A stretch of 64,000 nt of DNA, from positions 178,684,001 through 178,748,000 of the forward strand of contig OX597814.1 in NCBI GenBank assembly GCA_951406725.2. The letters are read 5' to 3'. The notes under the pieces are model-generated. The model saw only the letters and a list, made by a program, of their open reading frames with translations. It made no database searches and was not told the DNA's origin. Source of the stretch: Octopus vulgaris (lineage: Eukaryota). A program made the translations under genes and the position numbers. Positions 10,429 to 24,081 of the stretch are shown here, one piece after another; within the stretch, counting starts at the first letter, position 1, and the number at the start of each line of letters is the position of its first letter.

Positions 10429-12656
10429 AATTTTTTAAATTACAGGCGTTATAGGAAATGGGACTATAGGGAACATGTATTATTATGATAAAACATTTAA
10501 GTAGCTCTCGTATATAGTTAATAAAATGGCCTTAATTGATACATTTTTTACGCGCGTCGTACAGTACAATATCACAAATTTACCCCCAGGCTATATTGCT
10601 TTCCTCGTTTCGTTTGCTTAAATGCACGATTTGATATCTATGAAATGTAAAGAAAAAATATCTTTACTTTTACTCTTTTTTTAGATTTCCTCTTAGCTCA
10701 AAGCTGTGTATTTATTATCAGTGCTGTACCACGCCGCTATAAACATGAATGGCCCCTAACAATGAAAGGGTCTTTTTTCCTACCGACACTAACTCGTAAA
10801 TCACTTATAGCTGATAGTAGGTATTCTTTATTTCACAAATTATGGAGAACAATTTTTCTTTATAAAGTTATTAAAATCATTCTTATATATACAATAAATT
10901 GCATTTTCCTCTTTATGAAACATAAAACGTTTATAACAATGAGCTTCATCTCTCGGGTTAGATGTACACTTATCTCTACAACGGTTCATAACAAGGCCTT
11001 TTTATTATTTAAATTCATCACGAATTTGAATTTACCGATCGAATCTAACCGTTAAAATATCCAACACCATCCAACCCACCACCACTACTACCTCACTTTT
11101 CATGAATAATTACATTCATACCCACCCGGAAGGGACTTTGGCGCAAAACGATTGTCTTTTCATCATTTCCTCCCTCCGTTCAACCCTTCCATCTCTTCTA
11201 TCTTCCTTCGCCATAAACAAGTCAACACTTCATAACTATCAGATTTTTCCAGTTCTTTAGGTCATCCACTTTAACAATATTTTACAAACGTAATCTCGTA
11301 CTAATTTCAATATACACTGAAGAGTTTCTTCAGGGGAATAATCTTTGCATTGTAATTTCTCTTTATGAATAACAAATCTGTAACTGTTTTACGTTTGTTG
11401 TGACGATTTCAGTTAAAATTTTATTTCAGTTTTACTTATATTGTGATGTATAAAAGTTGCAGATGATAATAGTAGATACTTATTTTTGAACAAGCTCTTA
11501 TTGAACGTTTATTGAAATTAAGAAATACCAAAAAATATGTAAAATCCCTCTCTAGTAAAATATAATATTTCTTTCTGAAAAAGATCAAGAAATGTTCTTG
11601 AAAGAGTAGAACGCTTCGTGAAAAGGATTAAATGTAAATTCAATTTTATGAAAAAAATTCGATTCAAACTACAAATAAGTGCAACTACGGATTCAATACA
11701 ATAAAATGCCAGACGCCAAATATTTTACATCACTTTTTGTTGGCAAGTATTATATTCAGTATGTATACTAATCTTTTCCAAAATGAATTACAAAACAAAA
11801 TAAAACTGTGCAAGTATAGCCAGGATGTCACCGTTAATCTCCTAAGACTAAGAATCTATACAATGTTAATAAACAAGCCCAACTCCATTTCTTTCCTGCT
11901 ACTATAACAAATACTTAGATAAATCGCATCAGGCTATCGTAAATGTTTTTAACACTACTGCTGTGGAGATTGTCTCAATCATTAACTAAGATGATGATAT
12001 CGATGGCTGTATTAAGTGAATATTTTACTCTCAAATACTAAAAGAATAATTTTACTCACCAACTGTCTACACATTACTCAACGATATATACACAGAATCA
12101 TGCTAAGGTTACCTTGAGCATGGATAAGAAGGCTAACAATTATAGCCAAGTTCCATCCGATAGATTACCGCAGTTTAAGGCTATCAAGTTTCCCGTAAAA
12201 AGATTGGGTTATTTAAGTACAGGAATCCCAACTTATTCTTATAATATCAGGGACAATGAAATTGCTATATGCGAATGTAACTAGAGGAAAAATTAAAGGG
12301 GGAAAAATTCTGTTTAAATATTAAAGGATATAGCACTTTACCTGTCGTTGAATAGAAAATAAAAAGAAAACTGGAAACTGATTGTTGTCATTTGTAAATG
12401 TGATGCATCACGCAGAGGCAGGGATAATTGTAAGTAATCAAATATTGATGATCTTGTATTTGTCTATATAGAACATGTATACGTACATTTATGACAATAT
12501 ATATGCACATACGTACATATGTATATGCATATATATGTACACACACACACACACACGCATACACGCATACACGCACACACATATAAGCAAATTAGACAGA
12601 ACAATATAAAAGGTATACTAAATACATGAAATACAAAAATTGTATAAATGTATATA

Positions 12657-12765
12657 GGGTTCTGTACCACTGCGTGGCACCTTGGGCAAGTGCCTTCTAT
12701 AGCCACGTGCCGACCAAAGCCTTGTGAGTGGATTTGATAGACGAAAGCTTAAAGAAGCTTCTGTA
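12657..12765 (+). mobile_element. SINE family A, 5' half
   Basis: CACTGCGTGGCACCTTGGGCAAGTG...CCAAAGCCTTGTGAGTGGATTTG. Confidence 0.8.
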
Positions 12766-13599
12766 TTTTTCTCCACTCTTTCTCTCTCTGTCTCCCTTTC
12801 TTTTTCGTTCTCTCTCTCTCTCTCTGTAATACCCTCTTTCCCTCTTACACTATCTTTTTCCACCCCTAATCTTACTCTCTCTTTTTTCTATCCTTACTCT
12901 TTTCCCCCTTCCCTTGCTTCCCTTGCACCATTCCTTTCTTTCTCTTTCTTATTCTGCTCCTTCGTTCTCCTTCTCTCTGTCAATTCCCTTCTCTTTCTGA
13001 TTCTGCTCATTCGTTCTCTTTCTGTCTCTCTCTCTCTGTCGCCCCATTTTCCTCTCTTAACATTTCCTGTTCTATACAACGTGACCGGTCCCCAGAAAAA
13101 AACTGTGTTTTTCTTTTTTGCCCTATCTTTGACTAGACTGGTCACGCTCCTGCTACATCTGTTCTGTCCCGTAAGACTTATTCTATTTCATCATTGCGCA
13201 ACTCCACTCAGTTCGTTCGACAGCTGCATATGTTTAATTATTACTATTTGTTTCTTCGTTTGTAAATTGCCGTAAAGCTTCGTGCTGTTATATATGTCTA
13301 TTTTATTTATATAATGTCTTGCTTGTTTCTGTCTTAGCACACATTTGCTAGCTTTATCCCAGTAGCTAAAAAAAAGTAGTGGCACCTGCAAAATTAAGCA
13401 GTGTCAAAAGTAATTGGCGTGAAACTGCTATGATATTTTGTGCCTTTGACTGAAGAGGAAAATTCAGCTGCATGTATAGTGTATAGTGTCGTTGTCTAAT
13501 TTCCTATCCGTTTAGTTTTCGTCTACTTTCCCGTTTAATTTGCTTTCGTCTAACTTTTCTCCTTGTATTCTTTCTGTTCAATGCCCATCGTTTGTTTAT

Positions 13600-13858
13600 T
13601 CTATATGTGTGTGTATGTGGTGTGTTTGTGTGTGTATGTCTGTGTGTGTGTTTCTTTGTGTCTGTGTTTGTCCTCACACCATGGCTTGACAATCGATGTC
13701 GGTGTGTTTATTTCTCCGTAACTTAGCAGTTCGGCAAAATATTACCAAGTCCTGGGGTCGATTTCTTCGACTTAAAAAACCCTTTAAGATAGTGTCCCAG
13801 CATGTCCGCAGTCAAAATGACTGAAACAAGCAAAAGAATAAAAGAAATTAAAAGAATG
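13600..13858 (+). mobile_element. SINE family A, 3' half
   Basis: GCTTGACAATCGATG...GTCCTGGGGTCGATTT...CCAGCATGTCCGCAGTC...CTGAAACAAG. Confidence 0.8.
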
Positions 13859-14135
13859 TATACATATAAAATGGTCCAATTACACAGAGTTCAAAAGGTT
13901 TAGAAAATTAAATTTCTTCCACCTCTTTAGTTTTCTATATCATTTGTACTGTGTAAATTGAACCCTTTTATATTTATACATATACACATTTTGTGAATTT
14001 CATGTATTTAGAATATTTTATATATTGATATGTCTAATATGCCTATCACCACATTTGCTTCTATACCCGTTCAAGTTTTAATCCCTTCAGCCACCAAGTG
14101 TATTCTATACGTGGAGTATCTGAATCTCATCTATG

Positions 14136-14212
<77 letters not shown>

Positions 14213-14569
14213 CACACACACATATATATATACACATATATATCACAATTTTAAAATGAGAAGAGCATAACAAACACTACAATTGTTTCGATGCATCATT
14301 ATCACCTGATAATTGCTGTATGTTACCCATATTATAGTATTAATATCATCCAGCAGTAGGTGTTTACACGTGCGTTTTCAGTTACTCTTAGTTTTGTACA
14401 TAGACATCATCTTTAGTTTCTCTTAGTTTTATACTTACACCATTAGGTTATTTATGACATTCCATCGACAAAGAACAGCTTGGAAATAGCAAGATATATT
14501 AATGAGAAGAATTGCAAACGTATACTGAATGAATTAAAAAACAAAGAAATCACTTCATCGAATCATGTA

Positions 14570-14763
14570 TTTATTTTGAGATGCTCTGTGTTTCTCTTGA
14601 ATTATTTTAAATATAATAAAGAATTTAGTAAAATAACTTAGTTACCATTCAGCTAGTGTTAGGAACATAAATTGTGACTAAGGTTTGGTGTAAGAATTTA
14701 ATTGAAAACTTATGTAAACAAAACATTTGTACTCAGAGCCAGAGCCGGTTTCAGCCGGGTTAA
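14570..14763. mobile_element. piggyBac-like MITE terminal fragment
   Basis: Ends in GC-rich CCGGTTTCAGCCGGG-TTAA, a piggyBac-type GGG/TTAA terminus; other end not found. Confidence 0.4.
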
Positions 14764-15984
14764 ATTTAAACAATTACTTGTCTTTTGTGTCCGTTACTGT
14801 TCCACTTCAAAGGAAATCGGTGGCATATTATCACTTCTTTGGTATAGCATGAAACCAAAACCTGTCGGATTACAGACTCAAATTTGGCTGCATAGCATTG
14901 CTATCATAGGTTTTGTCATAGTTGCTTTACAAGTTATTAAGAGTAGTTATTAAACATAGAAGAACCATCTGCGCACAATTCCAGTCCTTGCTGTGATGAA
15001 GTAAAGTATACAAAACTTATTCTGGTAAAAGGTAGGAAAATAATAAATGTTTTCAGCAATGTTTGGTCATTGAGCTTGTTGTAATTCATAGTATGATGAT
15101 TAAATACTATACGCACAATGAACAAACACGACTGCAAACACTCGATTGTCTAAAACAAAAACTTACCACCTTCAGAAAATAGATTAATTATGTGCAGCAT
15201 TAGAGAAAAATGGTGAACTAAAGCAATACGCTTTTGAAAACAACTCGTTAAAATTCTGTAGTATAAAATGCAGTAGCAACACAGAAATTCATAAAATAGA
15301 GATGGATCTTCGTCGTTCGAAATTTGGAATACATTTGTTCAATTAACTGAATAACCCGTTATTCAATTAACTTATTAGTAATTATTTTTGAGTAACAGGA
15401 ATTTTTCAGCTGACAGTTTTCTGTAGAATTTCCATCAGCCCAATCTCATTCAGAAGGGTCAAAATTAAGGTTATAAGTATAAAATTCTATAAAGATGGTA
15501 CGCATTGGAATCGAACTCCATACTTTTTTCTTGCAAAGCCGACTTTGCAATCATTCGGCCATATTGCACCTACAGAAGTTGATAATACATGCACTAGAAA
15601 AACAGTAATATTTCGGAATTTCTCTACATTGTATACTAATCTGGACTCGAAAGAAGAAAGAAGGTATATTAGGCGTTATTTATGTAGTGTTTAGTAAAGG
15701 TTGTAAATGTATTTTCTTTATCCAACAGTAGATATAATACTTTCTTATTTAAATAACAGTAGACTAAAAGACATGTTAAGTTCTATCAATGATAAAGTAT
15801 AAATATATATATATAATTAATATAGATGGCAGTGTGCAGTGTTTTACTAAATATGGCTAGGGTGTTAGAAACATCTGTATTGCTATAAATAAGAGCTAAA
15901 ATGCTCTAATGTATTCAAAACACATAATTGTATATATACTGACAGGGAGTATAAACGCCCGAAAACACCGATCGAGAATTATTT

Positions 15985-16030
15985 ATGCTGACCGGTCAGC
16001 TTCGGCAATTTCCGTTGCCTCATCATCAGC
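15985..16030 (-). ncRNA. Degenerate minimal hammerhead-like motif
   Basis: Minus: CTGATGA(tga)-GGCAA-cggaaa-TTGCC-GAAG-ctgaccg-GTC-agc; 5-bp stem II; GAAA changed to GAAG. Confidence 0.4.
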
Positions 16031-16357
16031 GGTTAGAGCAGTGGAATCGCAGTCATAGGATCGTAGTTTCGATTTCCAGACCGGACGTTGTGAGTGTTTA
16101 TTGAGTGAAAACACCTAAATCTCCACGAGGCTCTGGCAGTGGATGGTGGTGATTCCTGCTGTGACTTTCTCTCACTCTTTCTTCCTGTTTCTATTGTACC
16201 TGTATTTCAAAGGGCCAGCCTTGTCACAGTGTGTGTCGCGCTGAATCTCCACGAGTTTGAGGAGTGCTCAGTCACTTGCATGTTAATTACACGAGCAGGC
16301 TGTTCCGTTGATCGGATTAACTGGAACCCTCATCGTCGTAATCGATGGAGTACCACG
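16028..16357 (+). mobile_element. tRNA-derived SINE, family C
   Basis: Head GGTTAGAGCAGTGG...GTTTCGATTTCC; shares CTTTCTCTCACTCTTTC with 7033-7245 but has a different 3' body. Confidence 0.7.
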
Positions 16358-17280
16358 ATTATTATGTACAATGTCACTTCCGTTAGACAGTAAATTTTAA
16401 CTTACACTCAGTTTATAAACGGTCTTTTGACAGTGTAATAATTTTAAATGAAAAAAACTGTCTTTGCTTTCTTTACTTTCTTCAAAACCCATAGATGCAA
16501 TGCTACATATATAATGAACATTTTTATTACGATTTTTGTTTGTTTTAATTAGTTTTACATTATATGCGTGTGTGTGTGTATGTATGTGCGTGTGCGTGCG
16601 TGCGTGCGTGCGTGGGTGCGTGTGTGTGCTTAGGTGAAAATATTGGTTCAAGTTATATTTTCTATAATTACAGTTAAAGGCGTAGGTGATACACGTCGGA
16701 TAGTTAAAACAATATGATATTCCGCCGGTTTACGTTTTGTGAATTGTAATTATGTTTATACGCTTTAAGTATATTAGTATTTTCGTTAAGATTTGTGCTT
16801 CAGTCAAATCTTATATTATCTCTGTGATTTTCTGTGGAAATATTGGTTTATGTATAGTTTCTACAATTAAGGTTTATATTTCATAGATACATTAGTTTCT
16901 TCCCATTTCGTGTTATATTGATACGACTGAAGCCTGCGAGTCAAGGTGATATGATATTCTGTTAGTTTCCGTCATATGTAAAGTTATTTAGTATCTGATA
17001 CAAACTACTTCAGATACATACAATCAGGTAGAAATATCGGTCATATATCATGTCTAGTACAGCTTACACTCCTCAGAAAACAGTTTTTCAGAAAAGAAAA
17101 GCACTGTCAGTGATAGAACTCTTTTAGTCATAGACATGCTTGAGCCAGACGGGGCTGTGGTTATACTACTACAATAGAAAATAATACATTTCATCCATAA
17201 TTCGGATATGAAATGAAATTAGCTGTTTCTAAATATATTAACTAACCATACAACTTTTATCTTTTGCATTTAACAATAGA

Positions 17281-17320
<40 letters not shown>

Positions 17321-17788
17321 TTGATGTATCAGCAAAATTTAAAGGTAGCAGCTTGTCCCAACCGTTTTCCATCTACTGAGACGCAGACCGAAATACTAAC
17401 TGTATCAATTATTCCGGCTTATCAATAATGATAATAATTTCTAACATTAGCGTTGAGTCACACATTTTGCAAAACCGATATGTTGAAAAAAAAATATCGT
17501 AAAGCTATGTTTTCGATATTTCGGAAGAAACCACTTGCTTTTCTTCTCTGTTTGCAAAAATTTCCCTATCGCCAGCAAACATCAGCTTAGTGATATAACC
17601 ACGTTGGCCATAGTGTCTGCTATGTACGAAGCTGAACACTTCCATCATTATCGCAACCACAACTAATTTGATATTTTGAAGAACCTTGTCTGACGCCTGT
17701 TCATTGAAAACAATACAAGCTGAATGTGATGTCTGTATTTATTTTGGTGTTTAAGCTTTTGTTTACAAAGCATACGCATAAACGCGCA

Positions 17789-17827
<39 letters not shown>

Positions 17828-18669
17828 CTATGTTCGTATGTATCATATAATAGAGTGCGTGTGTATGTGTGTGTATGTGTGTGTATGTGTGTATACACCA
17901 CAAACACAAACATACATATATTCACATACTAACGTATATATCAGTGTGTGTGTGTGCTTGTGAGATTTTGTAAGCTATGTATACATTTTGAAAAACTAAA
18001 GCCTAAACATTAAAATAAACACAGACACAGTAGAGATAGCTATTTTGTTTTGTTCGACTTATCTTGACTAGACACTTTTGGTAAAGTAAAACACCAAAAC
18101 AAATATTAATGTCAAATGAATAATATCGCTGTACTTTATCTCAGCTATATGCGTCTCTCTCTCATTCTACGTCTATATGTTTCTCACTGTCTTTCTCTGT
18201 CTCTCCCTCGCTCTCTGTCTTCCTCTCACTCTTCCTTCCTCACGCACAACACTTTCTGTAGCTTTGAGAACCTCTGTTTTCTACTATTTCTTTCTCCATT
18301 CCTTTTCCTCCCACTTTCACACTATTTTTGCTTTCTCTCCTTTTCTCTTCTGATTACCTCCTTCCTCATTTTTCCCTGTCATTATGTTATTATGTTTATG
18401 AAATTCAAACCACCCTCTCCTGTACAGACACACACACATACATATATGTACTTACATAAATACACTCACACACGCACACACACACATGTACAATACATTC
18501 ACTCATTAACGCATTTATAGATATTCATCTATCTCATTCATAAACACTAACCGCGGTTCATGCATGCACACTGTGTCCCTGTCTCTGTCTCTCTCTCTCA
18601 CACACACACGCGCGCGCACATACACACTCACACACACACGCACACACACACACACATATATATATCTAT

Positions 18670-18845
18670 ATATTATCGTTTGTTTCAGTTATTAGACTGC
18701 GTCAATGCTGGAGTATTGCCTTCAAGAATTTGTAGTCGAATGTATGGAATCCAGTACATCTTTATAAGCCTTGTACGTAGTCTATCGAACTCTTTTGCGA
18801 AACCTCTAAACTACGGCTGTCGAGCGGCGGAGGGGAAACAAACAT
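18670..18845 (-). mobile_element. SINE family A, diverged 3' fragment
   Basis: TGTTTCAGT...ATGCTGGAGTATTGCC...CTCTTTTGCGAAAC. Confidence 0.6.
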
Positions 18846-19149
18846 GTTACGGAATATCAGGCTGAGATTTGAGATAATAAAAAGTCAATGTAATTAACTA
18901 TGAAAAAAGCTTTTGTGTGTTCCGAGAGAACATTACCCTCAGTAGCGCTAGTGTTGGTATATTTGTGAATAAGACACTAACCGTAATAAGTGGATCTATT
19001 ATTTCGAAGTATACTACTTACTTGTTTAAGCGTTGTACTGGATAAATTGAGAAAAATAACTAAAATATTTCAAATACTAAGAAATAAGTATACCCAATTT
19101 CATTGTTACCAAATAATGTACGTAGGAGGGAATGGGTTATTTTCCTTGG

Positions 19150-19376
19150 AAGCTTAAAAATAATTACGCTCGCTGTTCAAGCACGCCCAAATATTATTCC
19201 TCCGCCGTTTATCCGCACATTTTTTTGAAATCAATTTATGCTTAAAACCTCCCCAGACTGATAAGCAATGTGCGTGTGAAGTTTAAGAAAAAATCGGTCG
19301 AGCCGTTTTGGTGCAAAACGAGGACACAGCGATACACACATACACACATAGACATTTTCAGTTTTAATATGTAAGA
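19150..19376 (-). mobile_element. Helitron 5' terminal portion; left boundary uncertain
   Basis: Minus strand begins A^TCTTACATATTAAAACTG, then a GT tract and CAAAACGGCTCGACCGATT; same architecture as the 5' end of 1073-1462. Confidence 0.6.
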
Positions 19377-19380
19377 TATA

Positions 19381-20170
19381 CTAGCTGTCATACCCGGTAA
19401 TTCCCGGGAAAGTGGGGCTTATCCCTTGTTTTCGTTCTCATAACTGTTTCGCTAATCCAATAACAACAATACAAATTATGTAGCCCTTAAAATGGTTTTC
19501 GTTCATTTTTAGAGAATACCGAACTGTCCTACACAGGACCTTGATTTTAGGAACTTCCACTAAGTTATGAATACCAAAATTGTGAAGTCAGTTATACAAT
19601 AACATGAAATAAGCTACCCGATAGTAAGAGTTCAAATAAAGTAGCTCCGAAAAGGGCTTTAATATGTTCCCAGAGTATATAGAACATAGGAGGAAATACT
19701 AATGTCTGCAATCTAAAATCGTAAAGCATGTTATGTAATAAAAGGCTACTCAGGTATGAGATAATAACAATTCATAGTGAATAACTCTGAAAAGAGTTTT
19801 GTGCGTTCCTAGAGAATATTACTGTTTGTCAGCAACAAATTCCGGTGGTATATAATTTCGATTGTCACTCTTATTTATGACATATTTCATCTCAGTTACG
19901 TTCGCATTAATAAACGAGTGTATCTGAAGCACGTTTAGTTCATGACACCACCAGAAACGTTCGTGCATTTCTACTGTTTGTAGGCTTTTTTCCCCGTTTT
20001 TCAGCTACTATTTTCGGAAAGCCCCCCCCCCCCCCATTTTCTCGCAAATTATTGTTTTGTATTTTATTTTAAAATTATTTTATTGCCAAATACCCAGCTT
20101 TCCGGATACGGGGATACCGGAAAATTGCCAAAAATCGGAATTTTGAAATGTTATGCGCCCCCATCAACAC
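19381..20170 (-). mobile_element. Helitron 3' portion with internal degenerate ~150-bp repeats; right boundary uncertain
   Basis: Minus end hairpin CCCGGGAATTACCGGG followed by TATGACAG-CTAG. Confidence 0.6.
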
Positions 20171-20570
20171 CTTACCCCTCCCTCTCCAATTTCTTCATTT
20201 TTCACTTTTTCCGTAACCCTAGGCCTAAAATCATAACCCTACCTAAAACCTTAACCCTGAATGTAAAACTAGTACAAAAGCACGTACGATGTCATAAATT
20301 ACAGTGACAAACGAAATATACACCACCGATAGTTACTGTTGACAAACAGCAGTAACTTTATTCAGCTTAATAGACGTCATTGATTGGTTGAAATTACCGA
20401 AATACGACAAATTTAGCACGAAATAACTTCGAAAATAGAAACTTTCCTCAACAACGCTAAGAGTAAAAGATGTTCTATATAACACATTCTACCAGTATAC
20501 GAAGTTTCAAAGTGTTTAGTTAAAGAAAATTAATTAATCGAGCTGCCCACGAAAAGCAAATGATCCCTCT
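20170..20570. mobile_element. Unclassified repeat with degenerate (TAACCC)-like units
   Basis: taaccctag/taaccctac/taaccctg at 20214-20259; CpG-richer body with TGATTGGTT. Confidence 0.35.
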
Positions 20571-21068
20571 TAAAGACTTGCAAAGCAACTATGACAAAAC
20601 CTATGACAGTAATACTATGCAACCAAAGTTAAGTCTGGTTTCCTGCAATGCCAAGGCAGAGACATGTGCCACTGATTTCCTTTGAAGTGGAGCAGTAACG
20701 GATACAAGAGACAAGTAATTGTTTAAATGTATATTTTTATGAATCGATAGAAGTCTGTGGTTAATGATAGAGTGAATAAGGGATTTCTATAGTTTTTAAA
20801 TTCCATTGATTTACTTTATATATAGGAACAATTCATTTTATCTTTCTGTAACCAATAAAGAACATCGAAATATTTAAATGCTTACACTATTAAGTATGTG
20901 AAAGGGAACATTTGTTTAGAGATTTCTGAAATAATCAGGTACCTGTTCGATATTGCTACCGCACCTGTGTCTAAAAGAAGAAATCATTACTATGATTGTT
21001 TTTGTGTTGTTGTTGTTCTTCTTCTTCTTCTTCTTATCATCATCATCATCATTATTATTATTATTATT

Positions 21069-21321
21069 CTATGTTTGAATTTTGCTTTATATTTGTACAA
21101 GTTGGCTCCAAGTCTCACCCAGAGACCTCAAGAGACAACAGGTTGGAAGTTCATGTTGTTGTTATGCCTAGTGTGCCATATATTTTTTTTTTTTGGGGGG
21201 GGTGTTAATGAATGTCTAAAAAAAATTTTTTTTTTTTCTAAACCGAAAATTATGTTTGTTTTAAACCTTGAGATTACATAGAAAGTATTTTGCGTAGGAT
21301 ATGAGCAGTTCCCATGAGCAC

Positions 21322-21322
<1 letters not shown>
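21069..21322 (-). mobile_element. 5'-truncated R4/Dong-like non-LTR retrotransposon in (TAA)n
   Basis: Minus strand encodes VLMGTAHILRKILSM-stop (RLE-clade C-terminus) plus ~200-nt 3' UTR; (TAA)n on both sides. Confidence 0.75.

Positions 21323-21407
<85 letters not shown>
21323..21407. repeat. (TTA)n microsatellite
   Basis: Direct reading. Confidence 0.95.
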
Positions 21408-21408
<1 letters not shown>

Positions 21409-21605
21409 GGCGTCGAGCTAGCAAAATCATTACAGAGCCGAGTAAAATGCTACGCGGCATTTCGTATTTTATTACGTTCTGCGTTCAAATTTCATCGAAG
21501 TCGACCTTGGCATTCATTATTTCAATGTTTATAAAATAACTATCAAATTAGCGCCGGTGGTCCTTCTCACAAAATTTCTGGCTTTCTAACAAACTTTGAA
21601 ATCAT
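21408..21605 (+). mobile_element. SINE family B, diverged
   Basis: GGCGTCGAGCTAGCAAAATC...GTTCAAATT...GTCGACCTTGGCATTCAT. Confidence 0.7.
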
Positions 21606-24081
21606 TATAATTTTGGGAATTATAATTATTGTTGTTGTTTTGTTGTTGTAACGGTTGTAACTGTTGTTGTAGTTGTTGCTGTTGTTCTTGTCTACTGAGA
21701 ACTATTTTGCTTCAATGAGCCTTGCACTTTCTTGAGGATTATTTGATAAAAAATATTGGAAAAATTCGTCTTGTCTTTCTGTGACCAATAAAGAACTTCC
21801 AAACATGTAAAGTATTATAGTATTACGTATGTGAAAGGGAACATCTTTTTTAGAGAATTTTGAATTCTAGGTATGCAAAGCCAGCCGAAGTACTTGGTGT
21901 CTGATTTGAGATGGTTTCCAAAGAGATAACAATTCGGACAAGAATTCGAGAGTGTAGGCAGTTAGTTTTTTAATTTGGATGGGAGAAAACATTCACTAGC
22001 AAGTCAACAGAAGTAGCGAATGTTTACATACTCATTAGAATTTATGTCCTTTCACTTTCTATGACATGGCCGTATTTTCACCTGTTGCAACTTCATAGTG
22101 TTGGTTTAGAAGTTTCGATATACCGTGTCTGAAAAATCTTCTGACAGCACAAAATCGAAATTAGAAAAGGCGTCACATGATGTAACACGGAAATAAACAG
22201 ACTTAATTTTAAACAGACAGCTATAATATGATAAGGGAAAATATAAAATGAAAATCTGTCAACAATAGTGAACCATTTGCTGGTTTTCAAAGTAAAATAG
22301 AAAACTTGAAAGATGGACAAAGGGAAAATATCAAAGAATTTACCGAGGTATTTATATGCTGGTGGAGGAGAATCCTCAGATTCTATGTTGTCACTATCAT
22401 TTGGTGGTAGTAGCTTTGGAAATGGCGTGATTTCGCTTTTCTCCCTTCGTCAAATAATTCTTAGTGTCTCCACCAGTCGTGTCATGGAAACAGGTCTAAC
22501 AATGCAGTCACGAATGTTTTGCTTAAGAAATAAAACGGAGATAAATTTTATATGCTCTTGGAAGAGAAGTTAGAGGAAGTTATTGCCTGTACATTTTATG
22601 TTCCATCAATCAAGATATAATATTTGGAGTCGTGCCTGGTGAGTAAGACCAAATATAAGATGAGGGTAGAGACAGAAGTAGAGTATAATAGATACTTCAC
22701 CCAAGATAGATGCAATATTGAGTGACTAAAAGAAATGGTAATGTCACGTCCAGGTACATAGTTAACAACTTATAGTTTAACTTGTCAACAACTTTCAGAA
22801 ACAAATTTGGTGCACATGGAAGTGATATGCAGCTTATAGTTTGTTGTGATCTATATAGTTGCACAGTTCCTAATGAATCTGAAATACAAGATTATTATGA
22901 ACCTGTACCTCACACAGGGAGCGCAGTAGGAGATATCAGCGTAACAACAGCAGCAAGCCCCAGAAAAAATATTCATTACTGTTTTTAAATCTTCACATGC
23001 AGTACCACCGGGAATAGACAAACACAAAAACAAGAAAAATCGTCATGATGATAATCAAACGACAGCAGCCGAGGAGCATCTTTCTTCATCACAGGCCCGC
23101 CCTGAGACTGCAAGTAACAGCTGTTCCTCTTAGTATTTACACACACAAACTAGAGAAAATTCAGAGACTGTCGTAGACTGCAAGTAAACAATATCACTTA
23201 AACATTGCTTTCATTTAATATTTAATATATTCAAAGAACGTGGTTTAGATAACATGTTTGTCACAGTTTATTTAACATGTTTGTCACAGCTTGTTATAAC
23301 GAAATTGTCGCCTTCTTTTGACTAAGTTTTGAAAATACGAGGGTGATAGTAATGGAGTATTTTCGGTTAAATATATACATGTAGACGCATAGGCAATATA
23401 ATGGATTAAAAAAGCGTTACAATATGTTACATATGCTGTATACATTTTTATATAACACACTCAAGGAGTTACATTTGTTTATTTGTATTACGTTAGAACT
23501 ATATTTTGGAATTTCAAAATAGAAACTTCTTCTTTCACCTCCCTTTTTCCTTTTCTTTTCCCCCCTCCCCTCCTCTCCTCCTCCTCCCCCTCCTCCTTCT
23601 ACTACTACTACTACTACTACTACTACGTTTTTCCTCTTGCTCCTCGTTTTCTTTCTCTCTTGATCCCTAGCAAGCAACAAAGAAGAAACAGAAAAAAAAA
23701 AGTATTTCATCTTACATTCTTACATTTTGACAAGAAAAATACATGTATCCTTGTTTGAACTTTTGATCGGTGATATTCATAAATCGATGGCTCAGGGTTC
23801 TCCATCTGAGTATTTTTATTACGTTGTTATGTAACAGCAACATCACCCGCAACAGCAGCAGCAACAGTAGAAATAATAGTATTAATAGTTGAATTGTTGT
23901 GGTAGTTGTGAGATGGTGGCGAGGTTTGTGATTGTGGTGGAGGTGGTGATGGTAATTGTGGATGCTGTTCATGTTACACGGGTAACTGTAGTTGTTATTT
24001 TGGGCTCCATCGTTGTACAATCTTTTGTAAAATATGCGGTTGTGTTACAAACAACATTACACACACACACATATATATATA

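Noticed and set aside
20214-20260. Interstitial telomere
   Set aside because: Only three scattered TAACCCT units, not a tandem array
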